A DNA stretch of 64,000 nt, taken from positions 290,699 to 354,698 of the forward strand of contig CAYPPX010000001.1 in NCBI GenBank assembly GCA_964412775.1, given 5' to 3'. Position 1 is the first letter of the stretch. Each line of letters opens with the position of its first letter. Of the stretch, positions 8,878 through 18,334 are shown in pieces. The translations under genes were made by a program, and so were the position numbers. The notes beneath the pieces were generated by a model. That model was not told where the DNA came from and searched no databases. It saw nothing but the letters and a program-made list of their open reading frames with translations. The stretch is from an uncultured Pseudomonadales bacterium (lineage in GTDB: Bacteria; Patescibacteriota; Microgenomatia; UBA1400; PJMF01).

Positions 8878-9545
8878 GCATCATCACACAAACAGAAGTG
8901 GTGAAGCTTTTTCATGTCGATAATTGAAACTTGTTTGCCTTTGTAGCTAATAACCTCTTGTTTCTTTAGTTTATTCATTTCGATACTAACGGTTTCTCTG
9001 GTAATACCGGTCATAGTGGCGATTCTTTTATGGGTTAAAGGAAAGTCAATTTGAGTGATGTTTTTTTTGGTTTTGCCAAATCTTTGTGCAGTAAAGTAAA
9101 GGGTGGCAGCTACTTTTCTGCCAGCATCACCAAAAACTAGTGCTTCGGTTTTATTGGCTAACATATTGAGTCCAGCACTGAGTCTTAAAAGCAATTCTTC
9201 CATAGCAGCAGGGTTGTTTTTTAGAAAAACTAGGACTTCATTGACTGGGGCTTTTCTGATTTTGACATTAGTAAGAGTTTCATAAAAATACTCATTTTTT
9301 ACACCTTGTAATACCAAAGAGATTGGAAAATAAGACCCTGGTTTGAAAATATTCAGAATAAAATCCTCACCATTTTCAGAAATAACTTGTTGACTTACAT
9401 AACCAGCCTCCAAAAAGTAAATGGTGGTAAGTTGTTCACCTGGTTGGATGATAGTTTCGTTTATTTTGTAGTTAAAAGCTCGATATTGGTTAAAAAACTT
9501 TTTAAGTAAATCTTCACCAGCTTTTCTACTTAAAATCTCAGACAT
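8874..9545 (-). CDS. Crp/Fnr family transcriptional regulator.
   Basis: It has an N-terminal cNMP-binding-like beta-roll and a C-terminal HTH (RIATMTGITRETVSIEMNKLKKQEVI). Confidence 0.7.
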   Translation of the reverse strand: MSEILSRKAGEDLLKKFFNQYRAFNYKINETIIQPGEQLTTIYFLEAGYVSQQVISENGEDFILNIFKPGSYFPISLVLQGVKNEYFYETLTNVKIRKAPVNEVLVFLKNNPAAMEELLLRLSAGLNMLANKTEALVFGDAGRKVAATLYFTAQRFGKTKKNITQIDFPLTHKRIATMTGITRETVSIEMNKLKKQEVISYKGKQVSIIDMKKLHHFCLCDDA

Positions 9546-9579
9546 GGTGTTAGTATACCAGGAGAACTAATAAATTGAT

Positions 9580-10494
9580 TTATAAATTTTTTTTGATTAA
9601 TTCCATATAACTATAATTGCCATTTTTTGCTTGCCACAACCAATATTCAAAACCCCACAGCATAATTTCATTGATTGGTAGTTTTTGGGCATCAGCAATA
9701 TTTTTTTCTAGTTGGTTTGGGGAAATACTCTGGGGATTTTGAGCCAAATATGCTTGTTCATTTTCTTCCCATGGCTCTGCTTGAAGTTCAGTAATGATGA
9801 TAGGTTGATCCAATTTTTTTAAAGTTTCAATTAATTTATTTTGGGGTTGATGGAGACCAAGGTAGCCTTTATATAGATTTTTTCCTAAAATTTTTTTGAC
9901 AAATTGTTTGGGGTATAAGTCTAAACCAATAGTGATATTTTTTTGGTTAGCAGTTTTTTTAAAAAGTTTTCTATTTAAAAAATCGTTACCCCAAAAGTTA
10001 ATGATGATGTGTTTGTTAGTTAAAGTTTTGGCCGCCTCAATTTCTTGGTTCAAAAATTCTGCTGAAATGGTTAGCTTAGCTGGACCACTGGGATCCAGTG
10101 GTTCGTTTTCTATTTGCCAGTGAGTAATGCAATTATAGTGATCTAGTTTTTTGATAGTTTTTTCAATGAAGTTAATGATTCTGGTTCTGGCTTCTAAGTC
10201 ATGAGGATTTTTGTTTTGAAGATAATCAGGCCAGTAAAATTCTGGCCAGCGAGGGGCTTTACTGCCAACAGTAAGGATCACTGGTTGGTTGGCAGTTTCA
10301 CATTTTTCTAAAAATTGTTCGATTTTTTCAAAATTATATTTATTTTTTTCTGTTTCAATTTCTGACCAGTAACAACCCAAACGTAGGTGAGAAAATTTAA
10401 AAGTAAGTGCTTTTTTAAAAGCTTCGTCAACATCAAGACCCAAATGTTTCAGGTGGAGGTGGCTAAAAGTTATACCAATAGGTTTACTATTCAT
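9580..10494 (-). CDS. Clan GH-A glycoside hydrolase, GH5-like TIM barrel.
   Basis: It has a catalytic acid/base NEP motif (WQIENEPLD) and a nucleophile ITELQ motif. Confidence 0.5.
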   Translation of the reverse strand: MNSKPIGITFSHLHLKHLGLDVDEAFKKALTFKFSHLRLGCYWSEIETEKNKYNFEKIEQFLEKCETANQPVILTVGSKAPRWPEFYWPDYLQNKNPHDLEARTRIINFIEKTIKKLDHYNCITHWQIENEPLDPSGPAKLTISAEFLNQEIEAAKTLTNKHIIINFWGNDFLNRKLFKKTANQKNITIGLDLYPKQFVKKILGKNLYKGYLGLHQPQNKLIETLKKLDQPIIITELQAEPWEENEQAYLAQNPQSISPNQLEKNIADAQKLPINEIMLWGFEYWLWQAKNGNYSYMELIKKNL

Positions 10495-10568
10495 TAGTTG
10501 TTAATTAAGTTATAGTATAGCTAGTTTAGTCGGTCAGGCAATTATTTATTTATCTAATATTAAAAATC

Positions 10569-12242
10569 ATGAACATATTTGTTGAGTTAAGTATCTTGTT
10601 ACTAGTAACCACGGTAATTACTTTGGTTGTAAAATTACTAAAACAGCCTTTGGTTGTTGGTTATATTTTAGCTGGTATTGTTACTGGCCCGTATTTTTTG
10701 AATGTTCTACACTCGACTCACGAACTAGAGCTTTTTTCTAAAGTGGGAATTGTTTTTTTGTTATTTATTGTGGGGCTACACCTCAACCCAAAAGTAATTA
10801 AAGAAGTCGGCTCAATTTCATTAGTGACTGGTATTGGTCAAGTTGTTTTTACTTCATTAATTGGCTTTTTCTTAGCAATATTATTGGGAATCGATCGGTT
10901 AGCAGCTCTTTATGTAGCTATTGCCCTAACTTTTAGTAGCACGATTATTATTTTAAAACTTTTGGCTGACAAAAAAGACTTACAAAAACTCTACGCCAAA
11001 ATAGCCATTGGTTTTTTATTAGTTCAAGATGTAATTGCAACATTTGTTTTGATTGGGGTAACTGTTTTTACCAATGGAGGAGAAGCCGGTTTACTTTATA
11101 CTTTGGGGCTAACTTTTATTAAAGGTTTTGGTTTATTAGTAGGTTTATATTTTTTTACTAGTCTAGTTTTACAAAAACTCACTAGTTATATTGCTCGTTC
11201 TCAGGAGTTGCTATTTTTATTTTCTTTGGCTTGGGGAACTGGTCTAGCTTCATTATTTTTGTTACTTGGTTTTTCGATTGAAATCGGTGCTTTGGTCGCT
11301 GGTGTAACAATGTCATTGACGCCATATGCTGATGAGATGTCGTCTCGGTTAAAGCCACTTCGAGATTTTTTTATCATTATTTTCTTTATATTACTTGGTT
11401 CCCAAATGGTCTTGGCTAATTTATCTACAATCATCTTACCAGCTTTGTTTTTATCTTTATTTGTTTTGATTGGTAATCCGATAATTGTGATTTTACTAAT
11501 GAATTTAGCTGGTTATAGTCGTCGTACTGGTTTTTTGGCTGGTTTAACTGTAGCTCAGATTAGTGAATTTTCTTTAATTTTAGCAAGTCTGGGAATGAGG
11601 GTTGGGCACTTATCACAAGAAGTATTATCACTAGTTACCTTGGTAGGTTTAATTACTATTGCTGGTTCGACTTATCTTATTCTTTATGCTGATAATATTT
11701 ACCCCAAAATTGCCAACATTCTAAAGACGTTGGAGTTATTGAAAAGAAGAAAAACCGAAAAAGGAGCGATAGGAGAAGATTATTCGAGTGTAATTTTTGG
11801 TTTTGATCGAGTGGGTGATATTTTTGCTGATGCTTTGACTAAGGCAGAACAAAGTTTTTTGGTGGTAGACTATAACCCTGCTTCTATTCAACGAGTAGAG
11901 AAACTGCAGTTACCGTTTCGTTATGGTGATGCTAGCGATGTTGAGTTTTTAGAAGAGCTACCACTAACTAAACCTTTGCTGGTAGTTTCAACAATTCCTG
12001 ATTTCACGACTAGTAAGCTTATTATCAGAATGATGTTGGAAAAAAATCCGAGGTGTTTAATTGTTCCCATTGCTCATACTACTGTTGAAGCAAAAGAGTT
12101 GTATGATCTGGGGGCTGCTTTTGTGGTAATACCACACCTTTTGGGAGCTGAATATGCAGCTAGAATGATTAAACGGTTGGGTGTAGATAAAAATGCTTAT
12201 TTAGAGGAAAAACAGAAACATTTAGAAAAGCTTGTTACTTAG
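10569..12242 (+). CDS. CPA2 family monovalent cation:proton antiporter (KefB-like) with a C-terminal RCK/TrkA-N domain.
   Basis: It has about 12 TM helices starting MNIFVELSILLL...GYILAGIVTGP, then a Rossmann-like domain (IFGFDRVGDIFADAL...VVDYNP). Confidence 0.75.
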   Translation: MNIFVELSILLLVTTVITLVVKLLKQPLVVGYILAGIVTGPYFLNVLHSTHELELFSKVGIVFLLFIVGLHLNPKVIKEVGSISLVTGIGQVVFTSLIGFFLAILLGIDRLAALYVAIALTFSSTIIILKLLADKKDLQKLYAKIAIGFLLVQDVIATFVLIGVTVFTNGGEAGLLYTLGLTFIKGFGLLVGLYFFTSLVLQKLTSYIARSQELLFLFSLAWGTGLASLFLLLGFSIEIGALVAGVTMSLTPYADEMSSRLKPLRDFFIIIFFILLGSQMVLANLSTIILPALFLSLFVLIGNPIIVILLMNLAGYSRRTGFLAGLTVAQISEFSLILASLGMRVGHLSQEVLSLVTLVGLITIAGSTYLILYADNIYPKIANILKTLELLKRRKTEKGAIGEDYSSVIFGFDRVGDIFADALTKAEQSFLVVDYNPASIQRVEKLQLPFRYGDASDVEFLEELPLTKPLLVVSTIPDFTTSKLIIRMMLEKNPRCLIVPIAHTTVEAKELYDLGAAFVVIPHLLGAEYAARMIKRLGVDKNAYLEEKQKHLEKLVT

Positions 12243-12318
12243 TTATTAAGTTGGTAAATTTTAGTTTTTCAAATACTTTGATTACCCATTGCATGTTTCA
12301 CCCTACCTTGCCAATCAT

Positions 12319-12349
12319 AAAAAAAGTCGTCCAAAAGGACGCCTTTTTT
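12319..12349. terminator. Bidirectional intrinsic terminator between the kefB-like gene (+) and tRNA-Ser (-).
   Basis: An A-run precedes GTCGTCC-AAAA-GGACGCC and a T-run follows. Confidence 0.4.
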
Positions 12350-12354
12350 ATGAG

Positions 12355-12437
12355 CGGAAGGGGCGGGATTCGAACCCGCGATGGCGTGAGCCGCAGGTTT
12401 TCAAGACCTGTGCAATGAACCACTATGCGACCCTTCC
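12355..12437 (-). tRNA. tRNA-Ser with anticodon UGA.
   Basis: The reverse complement folds with acceptor GGAAGGG/CCCTTCC, anticodon stem CAGGT/ACCTG, loop CUUGAAA, a long variable arm (GGC-tcac-GCC) and T-arm GCGGG-TTCGAAT-CCCGC. CCA is not encoded. Confidence 0.85.
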
Positions 12438-12532
12438 TTAAGAAGTTTTTAGGAACTAATTGTACCATCTGGATAGTTAATTTAGTTAAATACTTTTCTG
12501 TTCCTAGTTTCTTAGTGTATAGTATGTAGGTA

Positions 12533-13165
12533 ATGGATAAAGCCAAAGATGTAGTTCGCGATTTTTTAGGAGGTAGACCATCTTATCGAGATGATAGTGG
12601 TGTTCCTGTAAATACGACTGACGATGCGCCTTTTGATTATGATGCAGCAGTAGAGCTGTCTAGAGTTGCTCCAGGTATGTATCGACCAATTCCAGAAAAA
12701 GTAATCTTAGAGTGGGTGGCTCCTAGTAGGCCATTTCGTAAACGTAATAAACAGTTTTTTACCACTGTCTTAGTAATTGCCTCATTAATTTCTTTAATTT
12801 TGTTTTTCTCTGGTCAATTTCTACCAATCGCGATGGTTTTTTCGGTAGTTTTTTTAAACTATGTTTTGGCGGTGATTCCTCCACAGGATATTAGCCATAG
12901 TATTACAAATTTAGGTATTAAGGTTGAAGGCAAGCTCTATTCTTGGCAAGAATTAGGTCGATTTTGGTTTGATAAAAAATATGATTCATTATTACTTTAT
13001 ATTGAAACTGCATATTTTCCTGGCAGACTAATTTTGGTTTTACCAGAGGAAAAGAAGTCGATTGTGACTGAGTTGCTAACTGAGGTGTTATTGCAACAAC
13101 GTCCACCACTAACCACTATAGAAAAACTTGCTAAGTGGTTTCAAGAAAAATTTCCTTTGGAATAG
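12533..13165 (+). CDS. Hypothetical membrane protein.
   Basis: It is a 210-aa ORF with two central TM helices. No family was recognised. Confidence 0.4.
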   Translation: MDKAKDVVRDFLGGRPSYRDDSGVPVNTTDDAPFDYDAAVELSRVAPGMYRPIPEKVILEWVAPSRPFRKRNKQFFTTVLVIASLISLILFFSGQFLPIAMVFSVVFLNYVLAVIPPQDISHSITNLGIKVEGKLYSWQELGRFWFDKKYDSLLLYIETAYFPGRLILVLPEEKKSIVTELLTEVLLQQRPPLTTIEKLAKWFQEKFPLE

Positions 13166-13183
13166 TTTTTGGTTTAAGTTAAG

Positions 13184-13660
13184 TTACTCAAATTTTTTTT
13201 GAAAGAAATTTAGTACTTCTTGGGCATGATTGTTAACATTAACTTTTTCCCAGGTTTTAATAATCTTCCCTTGGGGATCGATAATAAAAGTCGAGCGAAC
13301 AATGCCCATATAAACTTTGCCAAACATACTTTTTTGTTTCCAGGCACCAAAAGCTTCTAATAATTTGTGGTCAGGATCAGACCACAGGGTAAAATTGAGT
13401 TGATGCTGGTCGCTAAATTTATGATGTGATTGTACTGAGTCTTTACTCACACCAATCACTTCAACTCCCAAATCTTTTAGGGTTTGGTTAGCGTCTCTAA
13501 AGTTGCAAGCTTCAACAGTGCAACCAGGAGTATTATCTTTGGGATAAAAATACAAAACAATATATTTACCTAAGTGGTTTTTTAAGGAAGTTTTACTACC
13601 ATTTTCGGCAATTACTTCAATATCTAGTGGAGCTGGTGCAAGTGGTTTTAACATAACCAC
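13184..13660 (-). CDS. bcp: Peroxiredoxin, Bcp-type thiol peroxidase.
   Basis: It has the YFYPKDNTPGCTVEAC peroxidatic-Cys motif and a thioredoxin fold of the right length. Confidence 0.85.
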   Translation of the reverse strand: MVMLKPLAPAPLDIEVIAENGSKTSLKNHLGKYIVLYFYPKDNTPGCTVEACNFRDANQTLKDLGVEVIGVSKDSVQSHHKFSDQHQLNFTLWSDPDHKLLEAFGAWKQKSMFGKVYMGIVRSTFIIDPQGKIIKTWEKVNVNNHAQEVLNFFQKKFE

Positions 13661-13707
13661 TCTAGTTTAACAAAAAAACATTAATAATCAGTAACTAGCC
13701 TAACAAC

Positions 13708-14148
13708 TTAGTTGCTAGAAGATGATTGAGCTTCAGCGTGAGCTTCAGCTTTGACTTCGATCACATAGTTGTCATCGTCAGTAGTATAAGTTTTGGTCTC
13801 GGTTTTTTCGTTGCCGTTTTCGTTGGTGGTCGTAGTGGTAGTAATGGTTGTTTCAGTGGTTCTGGTGACAGCCTGGGCTGGTTGAGTTTCTTGGACTGAA
13901 GAGGTTTTTGGGGTAGGAGTAACTTTACTATTATCCATAGTTTTAGCCTCATTAGTGGCATCTTCAGCATCTAAATAAAGATCCCAACGAAATGGAGCAG
14001 TAGTTGGAGTTGGTTCAACTTCCTCATTTAGGTCAAGCAAATTTTCGTTATTTTCGGTATAAAATTTATAACCAAAATAACCAACAATGCCTAAAATTAC
14101 TAAGGTAAAAATGGTTGCCCAAAGTTTAGCAGAATTTTCAGTTTTCAT
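13708..14148 (-). CDS. Hypothetical membrane-anchored protein with a Thr-rich low-complexity region.
   Basis: It has an N-terminal TM helix and a TTETTITTTTTTNENGNE tract. Confidence 0.4.
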   Translation of the reverse strand: MKTENSAKLWATIFTLVILGIVGYFGYKFYTENNENLLDLNEEVEPTPTTAPFRWDLYLDAEDATNEAKTMDNSKVTPTPKTSSVQETQPAQAVTRTTETTITTTTTTNENGNEKTETKTYTTDDDNYVIEVKAEAHAEAQSSSSN

Positions 14149-14254
14149 ATATCCTATATTATAACACTAAATGCTATTTTTTTCTAGTTAGTGACTTAAT
14201 ATTAGCTTTTATTCTATAATTTTTTTTTGTTTGGGGAATATTCATTTGAATAGA

Positions 14255-15121
14255 TTAATTATTTTCTCTATTTTTAGCAAAAATAATCTCAGCGTCACCC
14301 ATGGGTTGTCTTTCATAAAGTTTCATAATGCCTCTAAAAAAATAGGCTTGAAAAATTAATCTGACTATTATGGGTATATTTGCTTTATTTAGTTCACTTA
14401 AATTTTTTATGATATCTTTAATGTTTTGAATTTTTAGTTGACCATGGAGGTCATCAAATTCTTTGGGAACTTTTTCACCGGCTTTAAGCTTGACATTATA
14501 TTTTTTTAAATCATTCCGGCTAAATAATACTAAACCAGCTGGGAAATCTTCATGGTAATCTCTAAGTGAGTCTAGATCTGCCCAAGCAGTCATAATTTGA
14601 TCAAACTCTTTTTGGTCATGGTCTCCAGAAAAACTACGTTGAAAAAGGACATAGGATAAAACCTCTAAATAAGAAAGCAGGTTGAGTGAGTTGCGCCTAA
14701 TTTGATATTCTCTAGGTAGTGGTCGACTATAGAGAGTGGCGATTGTATCTAGATAAAAACCTTTGATCCCACTAATTAAATTATCAATGATTTCATCTTT
14801 TTTCTTAGTATTAGCTAAGCCTTGAATAACTAGTTCATGATAGGGATCGGTATCACTATGGTTAGTGTAGTTCGTAGTTTTTAGCGATTCCAAAAAAGCA
14901 ATTTCATTTCTAAGAAAGGTTTTGGTTTGCTGGGGATCTTTACCCTCATCAACAATATCGTCTAAGTAGCGAATATATGCATAGAAATTTCTACCTGCTA
15001 GGTATTTTTCCTGACTAACTAACTTTGTAAATTTTATTAGGAATTTGCCAGCACCGACCCGCTCGTTTTCTTCAAACTCAGTTGCGATGGCTGTTGCTCT
15101 AGGTGATAGGGTTTCTGGCAT
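14255..15121 (-). CDS. Squalene/phytoene synthase family protein (head-to-head trans-isoprenyl diphosphate synthase).
   Basis: FYAYIRYLDDIVDEG matches the first Asp-rich motif of SQS/CrtB (YLVLRALDTVEDD). RDYHED matches the second (RDYLED). Its 288 aa is typical of the family. Confidence 0.5.
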   Translation of the reverse strand: MPETLSPRATAIATEFEENERVGAGKFLIKFTKLVSQEKYLAGRNFYAYIRYLDDIVDEGKDPQQTKTFLRNEIAFLESLKTTNYTNHSDTDPYHELVIQGLANTKKKDEIIDNLISGIKGFYLDTIATLYSRPLPREYQIRRNSLNLLSYLEVLSYVLFQRSFSGDHDQKEFDQIMTAWADLDSLRDYHEDFPAGLVLFSRNDLKKYNVKLKAGEKVPKEFDDLHGQLKIQNIKDIIKNLSELNKANIPIIVRLIFQAYFFRGIMKLYERQPMGDAEIIFAKNRENN

Positions 15122-15239
15122 TTTTTAGAAGTGGTCATTATATCAAAGTAAATCAAATTAGATAAATTATTTTTTTTAACAGCAAAAAAATTACTAAATT
15201 TAGTGATCTTTTAGTAAATTTAAAAGGGAAAATTGTTAA

Positions 15240-15743
15240 TCAAAAGTACTTTTTTGCTAATTCTAAAATGAGCGTATCTCTAGGCACAATGTAGTTTTTG
15301 CCTTCTGAGTTGAGGGCTTGATTGGTTGAAACTAAAGATAGTGCATCTGAGTATGGTAGCCAAAGTTGTTGAAAACCATCAGCTAGCTCTTTCTTAGTAA
15401 AGCTGGCTAAACCTTTTGGGCCGGTTATTTTGGCCAGATAACAATAAGAAATTTGCTGGAGTTGCCACATTTTACGGTATTCAATGATCTTGCCTAGTTC
15501 GGCAGTTATTTCAATCTCACAACCGATTTCTTCTAAACACTCTCTTTTTAGAGCAGTTAGTTTATTTTCTCCAGGATTGATGCCACCACCGGGTAGTTTG
15601 TAGTATTGGTGGTTGGTAACGTGAAGGATGGCTAGGTTGTTTTGCTCATCAGTAACTACGGCTCTAACTGCCTCTCTAATTTGGTAAGTTTTACTTTCTT
15701 GTTCTGTAGTTTGTTCTGGATTGATGGTGGCAATGAGTTGCAT
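15240..15743 (-). CDS. NUDIX hydrolase.
   Basis: It has the Nudix box GGGINPGENKLTALKRECLEEIGCEI. Confidence 0.75.
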   Translation of the reverse strand: MQLIATINPEQTTEQESKTYQIREAVRAVVTDEQNNLAILHVTNHQYYKLPGGGINPGENKLTALKRECLEEIGCEIEITAELGKIIEYRKMWQLQQISYCYLAKITGPKGLASFTKKELADGFQQLWLPYSDALSLVSTNQALNSEGKNYIVPRDTLILELAKKYF

Positions 15744-15749
15744 GGTAAT

Positions 15750-16391
15750 TTAATTATAAAATCTTCTTTGGCCGGGTCCGATGATAGATGTTTGGTTATT
15801 ATTGACCAGCACAGCACAATCATGATCGATGGTAATGATTTTGTTTTTGGTTTGTTGACTATATTGGTCCATAGCTTCATACGAGACATACTCAGGAACA
15901 TGAGGCGATACTTCAAAATCGATTAATGAAAGTCCAGTAAAGTCAGTCAGATTTACTTCATTGGGGTCAGCTGGTTCAATATTAGCTACTGATATATTTG
16001 GTGTTACTACAATACTGCCAGCACTCACACCGATAAAAATTCCATTATTTTTAACAAAGTTTTTAATGATTTGGTCAAAGCCAGTTGTTCTAAGTTGTTG
16101 GAGTAAGTAAAAAGTATTGCCGCCACAAACGAACATCACTTGGCAGTGATTGAGTTGTTGAACTGATTGACCATCTGCAATGTTTATTTCCAAGATATTT
16201 TTAGCCTCAATATTCAAGTTTTTTAGTTGCTCAAGGTTATTTTTAATTTTTTCTTTTTCGCTAGGAGTGTTGGCAGCGGTGGTAATCAGGGCTATTTTGA
16301 GCTCTTTAGTTTTAAAGTTACGAGTAAGATCAAGAAAGGCATTTTGTATGGCAGGGTTTGATAGGCCAGTAGAGGTAAGAAGTAGTTTCAT
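15750..16391 (-). CDS. Peptidase S51 family (dipeptidase E-like).
   Basis: It has the MKLLLTSTG N-terminus and a GVSAGS nucleophile motif, with length typical of PepE. Confidence 0.65.
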   Translation of the reverse strand: MKLLLTSTGLSNPAIQNAFLDLTRNFKTKELKIALITTAANTPSEKEKIKNNLEQLKNLNIEAKNILEINIADGQSVQQLNHCQVMFVCGGNTFYLLQQLRTTGFDQIIKNFVKNNGIFIGVSAGSIVVTPNISVANIEPADPNEVNLTDFTGLSLIDFEVSPHVPEYVSYEAMDQYSQQTKNKIITIDHDCAVLVNNNQTSIIGPGQRRFYN

Positions 16392-16413
16392 GGTTAGTAG
16401 TATATAAGATTTT

Positions 16414-16434
16414 TATGTCGGAGAGACAGAGACT
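16414..16434. repeat. Direct repeat copy A of the tRNA-Pro 3' end (TATGTCGGAGAGACAG[A]GACT).
   Basis: It is nearly identical to 16630-16649, the 3' end of tRNA-Pro, with a one-nt indel. It lies 23 nt upstream of the pepE-like start. Confidence 0.5.
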
Positions 16435-16594
16435 GGTGAGCTTGCTCGTTTTGCCAACATAACCTCCATTTCATTACGGTTATGTATTTGGCTACACTTG
16501 CGCTGCCTCACGCTATCCAGCATAGTGCACTGCGTTTGCACTATGTACTTGATAGAGCGAACCAAAGCTTCTTTATCTTAGTTTCTCCCATATA

Positions 16595-16630
16595 CAAAAA
16601 AAGACAGCATTTAGCTGTCTATTTTTCTGT
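16595..16630 (-). terminator. Intrinsic terminator downstream of tRNA-Pro, with the hairpin GACAGC-ATTTA-GCTGTC.
   Basis: On the minus strand the hairpin is followed by TTTTTTT. On the plus strand it is followed by TATTTTTCTGT, so it could act in both directions. Confidence 0.5.
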
Positions 16631-16649
16631 ATGTCGGAGAGACAGGACT
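16630..16649. repeat. Direct repeat copy B, the native tRNA-Pro 3' end.
   Basis: It is the partner of the repeat at 16414-16434. Confidence 0.5.
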
Positions 16650-16707
16650 CGAACCTGCGACCTCACGCACCCCATGCGTACGCGCTAGCCATCTGCGCTA
16701 CTCTCCG
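16634..16707 (-). tRNA. tRNA-Pro with anticodon GGG.
   Basis: The reverse complement is CGGAGAGTAGCGCAGATGGCTAGCGCG...: D-stem GCGC/GCGC, anticodon stem TACGC/GCGTG, loop AUGGGGU, T-loop TTCGAGT and acceptor CGGAGAG/CTCTCCG. Confidence 0.85.
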
Positions 16708-16858
16708 TTTATTTTCAGCTTGATTGTACCAAAACTTAGCAGAAAAGTGTCAGTTTTATAAATTATTCTTTAACTACTCAAACTAACTAAATTCATTGCT
16801 TGCAGTGGCTCTGAGTTTGGGGTAATGTGTGGGTACACATAAAAAAGAAAGGTTAGTA

Positions 16859-17908
16859 ATGAGAAAAAAGAAGTCAGTTGATTCAGAAAATACCATGGAT
16901 ATGTCCTCCCAAGATGGTAAACAACAAGCGGTGGGTATTGCCATGAGGCAGATTGAGCAACAATTTGGTAAAGGTTCGATCATGAAAATGGGCGAATCTC
17001 TCAAAAACATGCCCAAAATTCCAGTTGTTTCCACTGGTTCATTAGCTTTGAATATGGCTCTTGGAGTAGGTGGTTTTCCCAAAGGTAGAATTGTAGAAAT
17101 TTATGGTCCAGAGGCATCTGGTAAAACCACGATTTGTTTGCATGCGATTGCTGAGGTGCAAAAACAAGGTGGCGTAGCCGCTTTTATTGATGTCGAACAT
17201 GCCTTGGATCCAGTTAGAGCCGAGAAAATTGGGGTCAACTTAGAAGATTTATTAATTTCTCAGCCAGATTATGGTGAGCAAGCTTTAGAAATTGCCGAAA
17301 CTTTAGTTCGTTCTGGTGGGGTGGATTTAGTCATCGTCGACTCTGTAGCAGCCCTAGTGCCAAAGTCAGAAATCGAAGGTGAGATGGGTGATCACCAAAT
17401 GGGTACTCAAGCTAGATTGATGTCTCAAGCGATGAGAAAACTCACTGCGGCCATTAACAAAACCAATACCTTGATGATTTTTACCAACCAAATCCGTATG
17501 AAAATAGGGGTGATGTTTGGTAGTCCAGAAACCACCACTGGTGGTAATGCTTTGAAGTTTTATGCTTCACAACGTTTAGATATTCGTAAGATTGGCAATA
17601 TCCAAGAGGGTGAAGATGTTGTTGGCAGCAGACATCGAGTTAAAGTCAAAAAGAATAAAGTGGCCCCTCCTTTCAAGGTAGCTGAGTTTGATATGGATGA
17701 ATATGGTGTTTCTAGAGAAGGTGATGTGGTTGACCTAGGTGTAGAAAAAGGAGTGTTAGAAAAAGCAGGTAGTTTTTTTAAGTTTAATGGTGAAGTTTTG
17801 GCTCAAGGCCGAGAAGCTACTAAAGATCGATTAAAACAAGATGTTAATTTGAGAAAAGAAATTGAAAAGAAGATTTGGGAGACAATCAAAACTGCAGATA
17901 AAAAGTAA
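16859..17908 (+). CDS. recA: Recombinase RecA. The track ORF begins at a GTG at 16829, but the ATG at 16859 with the SD GAAAGG is preferred.
   Basis: It has Walker [10 protein letters not shown], the VDSVAALVP motif, and L1/L2 loop regions. Confidence 0.9.
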   Translation: MRKKKSVDSENTMDMSSQDGKQQAVGIAMRQIEQQFGKGSIMKMGESLKNMPKIPVVSTGSLALNMALGVGGFPKGRIVEIYGPEASGKTTICLHAIAEVQKQGGVAAFIDVEHALDPVRAEKIGVNLEDLLISQPDYGEQALEIAETLVRSGGVDLVIVDSVAALVPKSEIEGEMGDHQMGTQARLMSQAMRKLTAAINKTNTLMIFTNQIRMKIGVMFGSPETTTGGNALKFYASQRLDIRKIGNIQEGEDVVGSRHRVKVKKNKVAPPFKVAEFDMDEYGVSREGDVVDLGVEKGVLEKAGSFFKFNGEVLAQGREATKDRLKQDVNLRKEIEKKIWETIKTADKK

Positions 17909-17922
17909 ATTTAGTCTTAATT

Positions 17923-17964
17923 TTGTCCACTGATCAGTGAAAGGTTGGTGGACAAACTGTTTTT
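17923..17964 (+). terminator. recA intrinsic terminator.
   Basis: TTGTCCAC pairs with GTGGACAA (17948-17955) around a 17-nt loop and is followed by ACTGTTTTT. Confidence 0.55.
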
Positions 17965-18030
17965 AGTCAAGATATTTATAAAAAAGATTGATATATAAAT
18001 TATTTTAATTTTAAATATTTTGAACTTTAA

Positions 18031-18059
18031 TTGACTAAAAACAACTTAGGACATATAAT
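18031..18059 (+). promoter_or_regulatory. Consensus sigma70 promoter TTGACT-N17-TATAAT upstream of rny.
   Basis: An exact 17-nt spacer separates the two hexamers. It leaves a 5' leader of about 270 nt that contains the CTAGTG-CCTAGT-CACTAG hairpin followed by TTTTTCC near 18218-18245. Confidence 0.4.
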
Positions 18060-18334
18060 CGCTACACAAGTAATTTGCGCTCATCTCGAGAGAGGTGATT
18101 TGGAAAAATCGCAAACAGAAATAATATCGGATAAATAAGTCAATTATTAATACAACATATGACCACAGTTGATAGATACCAGTCTATAACTAACCCGGCG
18201 CTAAGGGCGCTTTCTGTCTAGTGCCTAGTCACTAGTTTTTCCATACCAATTTTTTGAGCGATGATTGCTAATTACTTTTCTGACGTTAGTGCAGATAGAT
18301 AGTGAAATTAGTTATATAGATAGAAAGTAAAAGT

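Noticed and set aside
12298-12546. An 82-aa minus-strand ORF.
   Set aside because: It overlaps tRNA-Ser(UGA) at 12355-12437, and its sequence is the translation of tRNA and terminator DNA.
16435-16629. I considered whether the 195-bp segment between the tRNA-Pro 3'-end repeats encodes a known ncRNA such as tmRNA, SRP RNA, RNase P RNA or 6S RNA.
   Set aside because: It has no tmRNA tRNA-like acceptor or tag ORF, no RNase P P4 motif (AGGAAAGUCC) and no SRP domain-IV motif, and it is too short for most. It is retained only as part of the integration-scar finding.
16482-16688. A 68-aa plus-strand ORF.
   Set aside because: It overlaps tRNA-Pro and its terminator, and its composition is not coding-like.
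16708-16858. A LexA (Cheo box CGAACnnnnGTTCG) operator upstream of recA.
   Set aside because: No match to the Cheo consensus or to the Gram-negative SOS box was visible in the upstream 150 bp.
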